NCBI RefSeq assembly: GCF_006345805.1
Contig: NW_021835157.1
Coordinates: 1 to 42,012 of the forward strand
Direction of reading: 5' to 3'
Source: Octopus sinensis
Taxonomy: Eukaryota
DNA length: 42,012 bases
Shown: piece by piece, positions 25,338 to 35,402 of the stretch
How the letters are laid out: every line of letters starts with the position of its first letter
How positions within the stretch are numbered: position 1 is the stretch's first letter
Translations under genes and position numbers: made by a program
The notes under the pieces: model-generated
Told to the model about the DNA's origin: nothing
The model's database searches: none
What the model saw: only the letters and a program-made list of their open reading frames with translations

Positions 25338-26267
25338 TCACTGCCAGGACTTTTTGATGTTAGTGGGTGTGTATGTGTGCGTGAAGGACCAATCGACTTG
25401 TGCAAGATCATTATTGATCGCTTCCCAGTTTGCATTGTGGAAATCCATAGTGTCGAATGGATGAACAGGAGGGATGACATTTGTTTTGCATTTTGGCCAG
25501 TGAAATCTCAGATCACAGAGAACCATGTCATGGTCGGAGAGTAGGGTTTTCTCCACTGCAATATTGTGGATAGTATCAGTGTGATTGCTGAAAATTAAGT
25601 CTAAGACGTTTTTGTGACATCTCGTTGGTTCGAGTACCAGTTGGGACAAGAAGAAGTCATCCATGAAGTCAAGAAGCGATTCCACTGCCTCCCTGTCAGG
25701 GGTTGAGAGAGAAGAACCTGGCGGCAGACTGTTTGTAGACCAGTCAACCCCGGGAAGGTTGAAGTCTCCCATCATTAAAATGTTGTCAGGTTGACACTGC
25801 TGAATGAAACACTTTATGCTGTTGAGGCATTCCTTGAAGCATGGTAGGGGCATTTGGGGTGGTCTGTAGAGCCCAACTACTGTTAAGTTGTTGGTTTGAC
25901 TGAATACAGTGACTGCTTCGCAGTATCCATTGGAAAATATGTTCATGGCTTCTGTTGAGAATGAATCATGGACATAAATGGCAGTCCCACCCTTTCTTCT
26001 GCCAGCACGATCAGCACGAATGGTTTTGAAATTTTTAACTTTCACCTCGGCTTCCAAGTGGAGGTCACTAAGATGGGTTTCAGTGAGGACAAAGAAAGGG
26101 ATGTGGTTTGGATGGGCCTCGACCCAGTCCTCCAGGAATCTTATCTTCCATTTTTGTGTATTGGTGGAAGGGCTGATGCCTTGGGCATTAAGCAGAAATG
26201 TTGAGGCGAGAGTGGATGGTTTTAATTGTTTTGGTGATTTGTTTATTTGATTGCTTTTTAATGGCAT
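25338..26267 (-). pseudogene. LINE ORF2 N-terminal apurinic-like endonuclease (APE/EEP) domain
   Basis: Motifs LNAQGI, LTETHL, RADR...GGTAIYV, VGLYRPP, MGDFNLP, NVLDLIFSN and SDHDMV. An in-frame TGA at 25338-25340 is followed by in-frame continuation (LVDTITNIC...KINMLKY) into the ORF at 24777-25205. Confidence 0.93.
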
Positions 26268-26521
26268 GTGTAGTGGGGTAATAGTGGTGGATGGTGGTGG
26301 GTGATAGCTCGGATGTTTTTTTCCAGTTCTTTTGCTAGATTCATTATAGCTAAAAAAGAGGAAGAAGAGGTGGTTTCCTGTCTAGGGAACCGCAGGTGAC
26401 TGTGGCCGCGGCTATTTTTATGTGAGTGGTTATCTTTAAATGTCCGACGAGTCCCCGGGAGATGGGTAAAGGGGCAATCCCTGTGCAAACACAGATGGGT
26501 AAAGGGGCAATCCCTGTGCAA

Positions 26522-26525
<4 letters not shown>
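26258..26525 (-). pseudogene. 3' remnant of LINE ORF1 ending in a probable Cys/His zinc-finger tail (C-x4-C-x3-H-x-x-GTRR), duplicated
   Basis: Translation CLHRDCPFTHL-CLHRDCPFTHL-PGTRR directly upstream of ORF2. The stop overlaps the ORF2 ATG. The ORF1 identity is inference. Confidence 0.5.

Positions 26526-26527
<2 letters not shown>

Positions 26528-26558
<31 letters not shown>
26528..26558. repeat. (TA)n microsatellite
   Basis: Direct sequence. Confidence 0.97.
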
Positions 26559-26559
<1 letters not shown>

Positions 26560-26587
26560 TCAAAATAAGCAACAAGAATGACTCCGT

Positions 26588-26680
26588 TAGTTTGCTACGA
26601 TCGTTTCGTACTACATCATTTTATTAAATATAGTAAGTATTACAACAGTTTTAAAATGCTGTGCACTCATCAGCCAATTA
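26588..26680 (-). ncRNA. Second hammerhead motif in the opposite arm, probably weakened
   Basis: Minus strand TAATTGG-CTGATGA-GTGC...GTAC-GAAAC-GATC-GTA-GCAAACTA. The core is intact, but the first stem I pair is G-G and the distal helix II hairpin is degraded. Confidence 0.7.
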
Positions 26681-27135
26681 TAGAGGTTTTCCATTAATAC
26701 AAAAATTTTCATATCAAGTGGCAACATTATAGAGAAGGTAGACAAATAGACAAAGATTTGGATTTAAATTTTAAGAACATTTGAGGTAGTGGAGTCCATC
26801 AACTGACTGACTAAGATTCGTTTGCTCCAGATACTGAAAGATTCTGAGAGGGAAGAATAAGTGGAAAGAGACAATAAAGAATTTTCTAATTATAGAAATA
26901 ATCCTAACCCTAACCCATTTCTATAATTAGAAAATTCTTTATTGTCTCTTTCCACTTATTCTTCCCTCTCAGAATCTTTCAGTATCTGGAGCAACCGAAT
27001 CTTAGTCAGTCAGTTGATGAGCTCCACTACCTCAAATGTTCTTAAAATTTAAATCCACATCTTTGTCTATGTATCTACCTTCTCTATAATGTTGCCACTT
27101 GATATGAAAATTTTTGTATTATTGGAAAACCTCTA

Positions 27136-27228
27136 TAATTGGCTGAAGAGTGCTCAGCATTTTAAAACTGTTGTAATACTTACAACATTTAATAAAATGA
27201 TGTAGTACGAAACGATCGTACCAAATTA
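27136..27228 (+). ncRNA. Type I hammerhead ribozyme motif (minimal helix III, PLE-type), apparently intact
   Basis: Stem I TAATTGG (27136-27142) pairs with CCAA(A)TTA (27221-27228). Core CTGAAGA at 27143-27149. Helix II GTGC/GTAC, extended by CATTTTA/TAAAATG and TGTTGTAA-tac-TTACAACA. GAAAC-GATC-GTA with predicted cleavage after A27220. Confidence 0.82.
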
Positions 27229-27356
27229 CCGGGGTCATTCTTGTTGCTTATTTTGATTATAGCCACCCCACGGATTTTTATGGATAACACCATACAGTAT
27301 TCTGGTGCATCTAAATTAAGTACCATATTCATTTGAATATAAATTTTTGCTGTACT

Positions 27357-27423
<67 letters not shown>

Positions 27424-27456
27424 ATGTGTGTGTGTGTGTGTTTATGTGTGTGTGTG
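27357..27456. repeat. (TA)n(TG)n microsatellite
   Basis: Direct sequence. Confidence 0.97.
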
Positions 27457-28018
27457 TAGTGGTTAAGTGTGTATATAAACAAATACGTAAACCGATCCAT
27501 AATTGAAAAGAATTTATTTACAGGATTTGATTCGTTATAGGTACACTACATACAAAATGTTGGTAACTGCAACGAGTTGCTAGAAATATGGAGTACATTT
27601 GTGTGTGTTTGTGTGTGTGCATTGTTCATTTTAGACAGTAGTCTACCGTGGTGCTTCGAACATTTCTCTCAGCCTCTGCGGTCTGCCAAAACCTGTCGTG
27701 TCGTATATCTTTTTTCGCCTGTCTGCCCCGTTTGTCTGCCTCGCTTTCTCGATTCACTACTGTATTTATAACAAATACTGGCAGCTAGAAAGACAGACAT
27801 ACTGCGGCAGAAGTTGTACCTAAATAGGTCAGCCCCTGTCCAGTTGAAATTCGCATGACATGGCTGAGGTCACAGGTCAAAGGGAGATGATCAATCAATT
27901 TTTGACAGGACAAAGAAAACCTTTTTTCGTGCCTGTTGATCGTCATGGTTTGGACGACCGAGAATTCTTGGATTCGGTTTCGAATCTAGGCTTGGAGAAG
28001 GAAGTGTTAATTCTTACA
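27455..28018 (-). repeat. Putative 3' LTR of element A (TGTAAG...ACTACA)
   Basis: On the minus strand it is preceded by purine-rich TGTGGGGTAG, contains TATAAA (near 27770) and AATAAA (27513-27518), and ends CTACA at the (TG)n tract. No second copy is in the window, so boundaries are inferred. Confidence 0.55.
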
Positions 28019-28633
28019 CTACCCCACATCTAGTGAGAAAGCCACAGAGATCGAACGATATTGGAAATGTTATTTTTTTGCGTGTATGCAGAAAAAATTT
28101 ACACATTGTAACAGACAAATGAATATATATCAAAAACGGGATATAAAAATATGAAGCAAAAGTTTACTGTTGGTGTGTGCTATATGGTGAGCAATACGTA
28201 TATGTACCCAGGCAGAAATATGTCGGCGCGTTGAAAGAGATGTGCGTCTATTGATTACTCGACCCACTAGAGGTCTAATAGAGGCAAGGTGTCTTTCAGT
28301 GGCGAAAAAGATCGAATGGTAGCACACATGAGAATGTGACTGTTGTAAGTGTGTGTAAGCATACAGGTAGCAAAATATTTTTACAAGAAGGCAAAACATT
28401 TTAAAGAGAAAACAAAACATACGTACGTACAGAAAGTTTTTCATTGATGTGGAACGTTTTTGTTTTGTTTTCCTTTTTTGTTTTTCTTTATGTATACAAA
28501 ATGTTGGTTGATTTCTTTTGGTTTGTATGTGAGCAATCATGTGAGTTATGTGTTGATGTATGCATTTCATTTAAGATGGGTAGGTTAAGAGTTCGGAACT
28601 TACCCGAAAAACTTGCACAAACCTTGCTGGCCA

Positions 28634-30758
28634 TCAAACTGTTCTTCCCGATTTGGTGTGTCGGGGTTGTGCAGAATCTGTGGTGTTTGCTGGAGTTGTT
28701 GAGTCTGTTCGAGGAAAGGAGGGAACTGAATGTAAGTCCTCCTCGATGAAGGCTTTTTTTAAACGATCAATCGAGACCGTATTTCGTTTATCTCCAATAT
28801 TGAGGACGAAATACTTGAGTTCTCTTTTGGTGACCTTGTAGGGCCCGGAATATGGTGGGCGAAGTTGAGATGGTATCCCATCATTCCTCACGAAAACATG
28901 AGTCCAGGTGTTGATGTCTTTTGGGACTCGTGAAACGACGTTCTGTTTTCTGGGGCCTGAAGGTGATAACTGCGACATGGATGTCCGTAATCGGTGCACA
29001 TATTGTTGTGGGTCAGGAAAGTCTTGTGATAAAACAGGTTCGATCATCTGCCCAGGTAAGGTGAGTGCTGTGCCATAGATGAGTTCAGCCGGAGTATATC
29101 CCAGTTCTTCCTTAACCATGGATCGAATTCCAAGGAGGATTAGAGGAAGATGTTCCAACTAGTGAGAACTGTCTGGAGCTGCTTTGATAGATGTCTTGAG
29201 TTGGCGGTGAAAGCGTTCGACCATGCCATTTGCTTCAGGGTGGTAAGCCGTAGTGCGGGTGTGTTTACACCCGAGGAGACGAGTCAGCTCGGTGAAAAGG
29301 TGGGAATCGAACTGACGTCCTCTGTCGGTGGTGATTGTTGCGGGTGTGCCAAAACGCGAAACACATTGTGATACCAATGTTTTGGCGACTGTTTCTGCTG
29401 ATGTATCAGATAAGGGCCAAGCTTCGGGCCACCGCGAAAAACGATCCACGCAGGTAAGCAAATATGTATAATTCTGCGAAGGTGGAAGAGGTCCCACGAT
29501 GTCAATGTGAACGTGCTGAAATTGTGCGTCGGGTTGCGAAAAGGGACCGATTGGTGATTTTATGTGCCGGTAGATTTTCGCTTTTTGGCACACGACACAG
29601 CACTTGGTCCATTTTCTGATATCCTTGTTGATACTGGTCCACACAAAATGGGTCGATATCAGCTTTTGAGTGGAGTAAATACCAGGATGTGACAGAGAAT
29701 GCAGAGCGGAGAAAACTTCTTGATGATGTTAGTGGTATATAAGGGCGTTGGTGACTGGTGGAGATATCACACCAAATATGGGCCGTGGATGATGGTAGCG
29801 GAACATGCTGAAATTTCAGAGATGACAAATTCCGGAGCTTTAGAAGTTCTTTGTCATTCTCCTGGTCAGCTGCTATACGTGCCAGATCAATTGTAGCCGT
29901 GGTGTGGATAGCATTGATCTGCGTGCGTGAAAGTGCATCGGTTGCTAAGATGGTTGTCCCTTTGATGTGGCTTATATCTGTCGTGTACTGCGATATGAAG
30001 TTGAGGTGGCGGATTTCTCTCGGCGAGTGGCGATCCAGCTTGGTGTTAAATGCATATACCAATGGCTTGTGGTCGGTGTATATGGCAAAATTGGTACCTT
30101 CTAGCATGTGACGGAAATGCTTAACGACCAGGTATGCCGCTAATAATTCCTGACTGAATGTGCTGTATTTTGTTTCAGTGGATTTTAACCGCTTAGAAAA
30201 GAAGGACAACGGTTGCCATATGCCGTCAACAAGCTGCTGTAGTACACCTCCAATTCCGAAATCGGATGCATCAATGAGTAAACATCGTGGGGCGTATGGT
30301 TTTGGATAAACCAACATGGTAGCGTTGGATAACGCTTTTTTCAGGGCAGTGAAAGAGATCTTGAATTGATCTTCGTTCAGGGCAATTTCTGTATTTTTGC
30401 AAGTTCACTGACATACCAAATCCGTGAGCGGTTGCACTATCTCAGCGAGGTGGGGTACGAACCTTTGATAGAAATTCACTAGGCCAAAATATTCCCTTAA
30501 TTTGCAGAGAGATGTGGGTGGTGGAAAATCCACGATGGCCTTGACTTTCTCGGGAAGGAGATGTGTCCGAGAAAATGAAGGGAAGCAACTCAAACGAACA
30601 CTTGCTGGGGTTGATAACAACACTGTATTTGCAGAGGCGTTCAAATAGCAGGTGCAGGTCACGTTCTTCGTCTGAGCTACTGGCCATGAGTATGTCGTCT
30701 ATGTAGGCATAGACAAAAGGCAGATCTCTAGTAACCATGTCGATAAACCTTTGGAATG
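28634..30758 (-). pseudogene. pol: Element A pol, 3' part: RT second half, RNase H, integrase, GPY/F
   Basis: ORF-track fragments 30442-30810, 30405-30662, 29502-30317, 29159-29644 and 28634-29158 join into one pol. Confidence 0.9.
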
Positions 30759-30991
30759 TGTTATGTGTAGTTTGGGTTCTAATGGGATAGACAACCAATA
30801 TGAAAGCCATTGTTATTGTTTTACGTGTTTATTTACTTTTCATGTTACACTGACTTGTCAACATTCGGCGTAGTGATACATAATATGTTTTACACACAGT
30901 TTGTATTGTTCACTAACAAAATAGTGCCAAAAGTGGGGATGTATTCTATACAAGTGTGCCAACGTATACACACAGATATGAATGTGTAACA
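30759..30991 (-). repeat. Element B 3' LTR (233 bp)
   Basis: Matches 35304-35402 at both ends and is immediately preceded on the minus strand by the PPT. Confidence 0.93.
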
Positions 30992-31003
30992 TCCCTTCTT
31001 CTT
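30992..31003 (-). other. Polypurine tract of element B
   Basis: Minus strand AAGAAGAAGGGA abutting the 3' LTR TGT. Confidence 0.9.
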
Positions 31004-31175
31004 GAAAAAATAAAGGGGTCTTTTGGCAGTGAAGACAATATAAGTAGTCTCCCTTACTCTAATGGATTGTCAGCCTGAGGTGGCAATCCTGCAGCAGAAA
31101 CCGTGAGATTATTCTGCCTCTGCTTTGTAATCTAGCTAAATTAGCTACTTATCTTTTCATTTCTTTTTTTTTTCT

Positions 31176-34100
31176 TTAGCGGTATCGAACCGGTGGCAGA
31201 ATGTTCTTTCTCCATCTGGTGGATCTTGTGCTTCGCACCGGTGTCTGAGGTGTGTTGTTGGGCTGCTGATAGGTGGTTTGTGCCCGTTGGGGTGATGATT
31301 CTGTAGGTGTTGTCACTGATGCAGCAGGTGTTGTACACGTTGTCCTTGACAGCTTTGGTGTTGGGCGGATGTGGGCCCTGTTGCGTCTCAGCTGCCTACC
31401 AGATTCCATTTCTATTATATATGATCTTGGAGTTTCAGCTCTACTGACAACCTGTGCTGGGATCCATGTTTTAGTTATGGGATCTTGAGTATGCACATGT
31501 CCTCCAAGAATCTCAGGTAAATATTGTGCATGTTTGTTGTAATACCTCTGTGATTGTTCTTGAGTGGCAGCTAGCTTTGCCCTTGTCTCTTCCTGGTCAA
31601 TAGGAGGTTGGATCTTGGTTGGCAGGGTAGTTTTATACTTCCTGCCATTCAGCAATTCTGCTGGGGATTTCATGTCAGCTCTCAGTGGTGTCGCTCATAG
31701 GGACAGAAGTGCCAGGTGTGGGTCTTCCTTAGTCTCTCTGCATTTGACTAGTGTTCTCTTCACTGTCTGCACCTGTCTTTCTATAAACCCATGACCTTTG
31801 GGGTAGTGTGGAGATGAAGTTGTAATATTGAACCCATACTCATCGGCTAGCTTTTTGAATTCTTGCGATGTGAACTGGGTTCCATTGTCACATATGATCT
31901 GCTCTGGTATTCCTTGCTCTGCTAGAAGTCCTCGAGCCACTGTAGTGATTGTTTTGGCTGTCAGATCTTTCACTTTTCTCACAAATGGAAATTTGGAATA
32001 GTAGCAGGCCATTATCAAATACCATTCTTGGCCCTCTGTGAACAGATCTACTCCAATAGTTTGCCATGGCCTTCTTGGGATGTCACTAGATATCATTTCC
32101 TCCTTTTGTTGTGAGTTTCTGTACTTTTGACAGATGTGGCATGTAGAAACTGTCTTCTCTATGTCTTTGTACATACCTACCCAATATACTGCTGACTTGG
32201 CTCGGAGCTTGCATTTCTCCATTCCGAGATGCCCTTGGTGGATCTTGTCAAGAATCTCTTTTTGAATTGACTTGGGTATAATTATTCGGGATCCAGCCAT
32301 CAGGATTCCATTCTCCACTGATATATCATCATGGATGGCCCAATATTCACAAATTAGGGGCTGCACCTGATGTCTCTTTTCTGGCCACCCCTGAATCACC
32401 ATCTGAGTAAGGAGTTGAAGTTCTTCATCTTTGCTGGTCTCCTCTTTGATTTCCGCTAGCTTTGTGGTTGTCACATTTACAATGTGGTGGACCTTTATGC
32501 TTAGTCCTTCCATCTCCTGTTTATCATGTGAGGATAGTCTGGAAAGAGCATCTGCCAATATCAGGTCTTTTCCTGGCTTGTACCTGATGTCACAGTCGTA
32601 TGTTTGAAGCCTTAACAGTAATCTTTGCAGTCTGGCTGGTGCTTTTGTCAGGTTTTTTCTATGTATTTGTTCTAGCGGGCGATGGTCTGTTTCTATATTG
32701 AAATGTCTGCAATACAGGTATGTATGGAACTTTTCGCATCCATATACTACTGCCAGGAGTTCCCTTTCAATATTTGTGTACCTTGCCTCTGTGGGTGAGA
32801 GAGCTTTCGAGGCATATGCAATGGGTTTACCTTCCTGTATCAGTGCTGCGCCAACTCCTCTCATAGAAGCATCGACTTGGAGTGTTACTGGTTTGCGTCT
32901 GTCATAGTATTGCAGAGTTGTCTCCTTACTGATGAATTTTTTGATTGTTTTGAAATCCTGTGTGTAAAGCACACCAATCAAACTCTACGTCATCTTTGTT
33001 TAGTTCTCGGAGATTTGCAGTGTGATCGGCCAGCTTGGGTATGAAGGCTCCCATGTAGTGGATGAGTCCCAGGAAGCTCCTGAGTTCCTTCCTGTCTTTA
33101 GGATCTTTAATGTCTCTGATGGCTTCCACTTTAGCGGGGTCTGGTTTAACTCCCCCTGCAGAGTATATAATTCCAAAGAATTTGCACTCCTTTGCTTTTA
33201 TTATACACTTGTCTGCATTGAGTTTGATGCCTGCTTGTCGGGTTTTCTCCATAGCTTCATGTAAATTGAAGTCATGTGTGGTTTCATCCTTGCTATGCAC
33301 TTGGATGTCATCTGCTATTCCAATTGCTCCCTTGCAGCCTTGGTAGGTTTCATCTATTTGGCGCTGGAAAACATCTTGGCTCACCTTTAATCCAAATGGG
33401 AGTCGGTTGAACCGATATCTGCCAAATGGTGTGTTGAAGGTAGTGAGCATGGATGACTCTTTGTCTATCTTTATATTCCAGTACCCCTTACTGGCATCCA
33501 GTTTGCTGAATAATTTGGATCCAGCCAATGATGGTGTGATTTCTTCAAGGGTTGGAATTGGATGGTACTCTCTTTTTAATGCCTTGTTCAGGTCCCTTGG
33601 GTCGAGGCATATCCGTAGGGTACCATTGGGTTTTTCCTTGATTACAATTGAATTCACCCAGTCTGTTGGTCGTGTCACTTTGGTGAATATTTCTTTTTTT
33701 TCCATTCTGTCCAACTCTGTCTCCAGCTTCTCTTTTAGTTCTAGAGGGACGCGGCGAGGTGGGTGAACAATTGGTTTGATATTGGGGTCGACTGTTATAT
33801 GATATCGACATTTCACAAAGCACCCGACTGTATCGTCAAAGCATTCAGGGTACATGCTTATCAGTTCTTCTTTGTTTGTGATTGGTGGTCGGTCTTTGAT
33901 AGGCATATCTCTGTCAATCCTGCTTGGAGCTGCTTTCACTTCAGCATTGATTGACACAATATTTAGCTTTTTGCAGGTATTTAGTCCAAGAATTGTGACA
34001 TAAAAAGAACACTTGATTGTTTTTCCTTTGTGTGTCCCTGTGATAGTTGTTTTACCCAGTTGTGGAATCCTGGTACCTCTGTACGCAGTGAGGATTACAT

Positions 34101-35183
34101 CACTTGGTGTGAGGATTCCTTCTTTGACTTTATCCCCTTCTGTCATGTGTTCTGGGAACATCTTTTTGTAGAGGTTGACAGGTAAGATATCACTCTGGGC
34201 TCCAGTGTCAATCTTCAGCCTTAAGTCAATGTTTATTCGTTTCTTGCCAGACTTCTTTTGTATTCTTATTGTTGTGTATGCCTCATTTTTTCTCTGGTCG
34301 TCATTTCCCATCTCATGCACATTTATTGTGCCGACTGCCAAGAATTCCTCCTCTGAGGTGTTTTGTTCTTGTTGTTGGGCATGTATATCTCTTCTTCTAT
34401 TTCCGCTCCTCTTTGAAAATTGGGGCTTGTATTTCTGCGATTTTGTTACCCTACACATTTTTCCCCAGTGGTTAAGTTTTCCACATGCTTTGCAGTGTGT
34501 ACCGAATGCAGGACATTTCTTCCGGTTATCGAACTCATGCTCTGTACCACAGTACTGGCATGTTCTTTGTTTGCAGGTATGTTTTGTCCTGTGCCTAGAT
34601 ACAATATCTATACTGCTGCCTAGTGAGCTTGTTTGTAAGGTAAGTGAGGCCATTTGTTTGGTAGTGGCTTCGAATGCTCTTGCAGTGTCTACTGCTTCTA
34701 TCAACTGGAGAGCGTCCTTACCTATGAGGGATTTCTGAACTTCTTTATGAGCACACCCCCATATTAATTGATCAATGATTCTTTCGTCTTTATCTTTGAA
34801 TTTGCATTTTTCGGCAACATTCTTTAGTCTGGACAGGAAATTGTCAATCGTTTCTTGTGGGTCTTGTTTCAGGCCCTGGAATTCGTATCTGTGAATTCTA
34901 TGGTTCGATCTGGGCTCTAGGTGCCTTTCAAATTTCTCTAAAAGTGTATCTAGCTTATTGCAATCCGATTCTGACATATCCTAGCTATTGAATAGGTCTA
35001 TACCTTTATTGCCTGACCATAAAAGGATATAGCTTACCTTCTCATCATCAGTTGTGCCTTTCAGGAAACTTTTGAAACTAGTTGAGTTTTCTGTTTGAAT
35101 TTCTTAAATGCTTCCAAAATATCACCGGAGTCCCAATTCATGATCGGATGTAGATTCATCTGTATGGCGACGGGGGTGGCCAT
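31176..35183 (-). pseudogene. gag-pol: Element B gag-pol (Gag, protease, RT, RNase H, integrase) with four lesions
   Basis: ATG at 35183 (MATPVAIQMNLHP). CQYCGTEH..CPAFGTHCKACGKLNHWGKMC, LKIDTGAQ, IADDI, DASMRGVGAALIQ, HQGHLG...CHICQ, GVDLF, CDNGTQF, GFIERQVQTVK. Frameshift near 35075, TAG at 34981-34983, frameshift near 32965, TGA at 31695-31697. Confidence 0.93.
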
Positions 35184-35290
35184 TTTGGATCCTCGTGTTG
35201 TCCGAAGACAAAGCGATGTTTTGTTTGTTAAATTCCTGGTTCGTTGCGTTTCTATTTTGCTGTAAAGGCACAGTTTCCGATTAATTATTT

Positions 35291-35303
35291 ACCGCTGCCA
35301 CCA
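35291..35303 (-). other. Primer-binding site complementary to the 3' end of tRNA-Leu (AAG/UAG type)
   Basis: Minus strand TGGTGGCAGCGGT directly after the 5' LTR. Metazoan tRNA-Leu(AAG) ends ...ACCGCTGCCA-CCA. Confidence 0.85.
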
Positions 35304-35402
35304 TGTTATGTGTAGTTTGTTCACTAACAAAATAGTGCCAAAAGTGGGGATGTATACCATACAAGTGTGCCAACATATACACACAGATATGAATGTGTAA
35401 CA
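35304..35402 (-). repeat. Element B 5' LTR (99 bp, 134-bp internal deletion)
   Basis: Same termini as the 3' LTR, with 3 substitutions in the shared part. Confidence 0.93.

Larger units (their letters stand above)
23200..26525 (-). mobile_element. CR1-clade (CR1/L2 group) non-LTR retrotransposon, 5'-truncated within ORF1, inactivated
   Basis: APE and RT domains in order. C-terminus PDKPPTPGYVSANNNSLLEW is typical of invertebrate CR1-like ORF2. The 3' end has a short tandem tail (minus strand TAAGTTATTC TAAGTTAT) running into (TA)n. Confidence 0.9.
26560..27256. mobile_element. Long inverted repeat (two 340-bp arms, 26560-26899 and 26917-27256, 17-nt spacer), interpreted as inverted Penelope-like element terminal repeats (pLTR)
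   Basis: The arms are reverse complements with about 15 substitutions and no indels by manual count; the inner 78 bp are identical. Each arm has a minimal hammerhead motif. The sense strand has a weak GIY-YIG C-terminus-like translation (SLSESFSIW...VLKI*). The inverted repeat is certain; the PLE origin is inference. Confidence 0.8.
30759..35402 (-). mobile_element. Ty3/Gypsy LTR retrotransposon B (Mag-like), full length, nested in the RT of element A
   Basis: LTRs at 30759-30991 and 35304-35402 (TGTTAC...TAACA), 5-bp TSD GAATG (30754-30758 and 35403-35407), PBS and PPT. Single gag-pol reading with double Cys/His knuckle. A 5-bp TSD and these motifs fit the Mag clade. Confidence 0.95.

Noticed and set aside
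23719-26250. Plus-strand ORFs over the LINE (e.g. 23719-24051, 24178-24492, 25204-25464)
   Set aside because: Antisense shadows of the minus-strand ORF2 with no recognisable motifs.
27189-27500. His/Thr-rich 103-aa ORF, and similarly 342-524
   Set aside because: Translation of (CA)n/(TA)n microsatellites.
28130-28570. 146-aa minus-strand ORF as a possible env-like or accessory gene of element A
   Set aside because: Low-complexity, AT-rich translation with no signal peptide, furin site or credible TM pattern. It is more likely 3' UTR.
31060-31130. Hairpins in the element B 3' UTR (GGATTGTCA/TGGCAATCC) as a possible HDV-like ribozyme
   Set aside because: Only simple stems are visible and the nested double-pseudoknot could not be built.
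33022-34738. Plus-strand ORFs up to 187 aa within element B
   Set aside because: Antisense to gag-pol; open because of codon bias.
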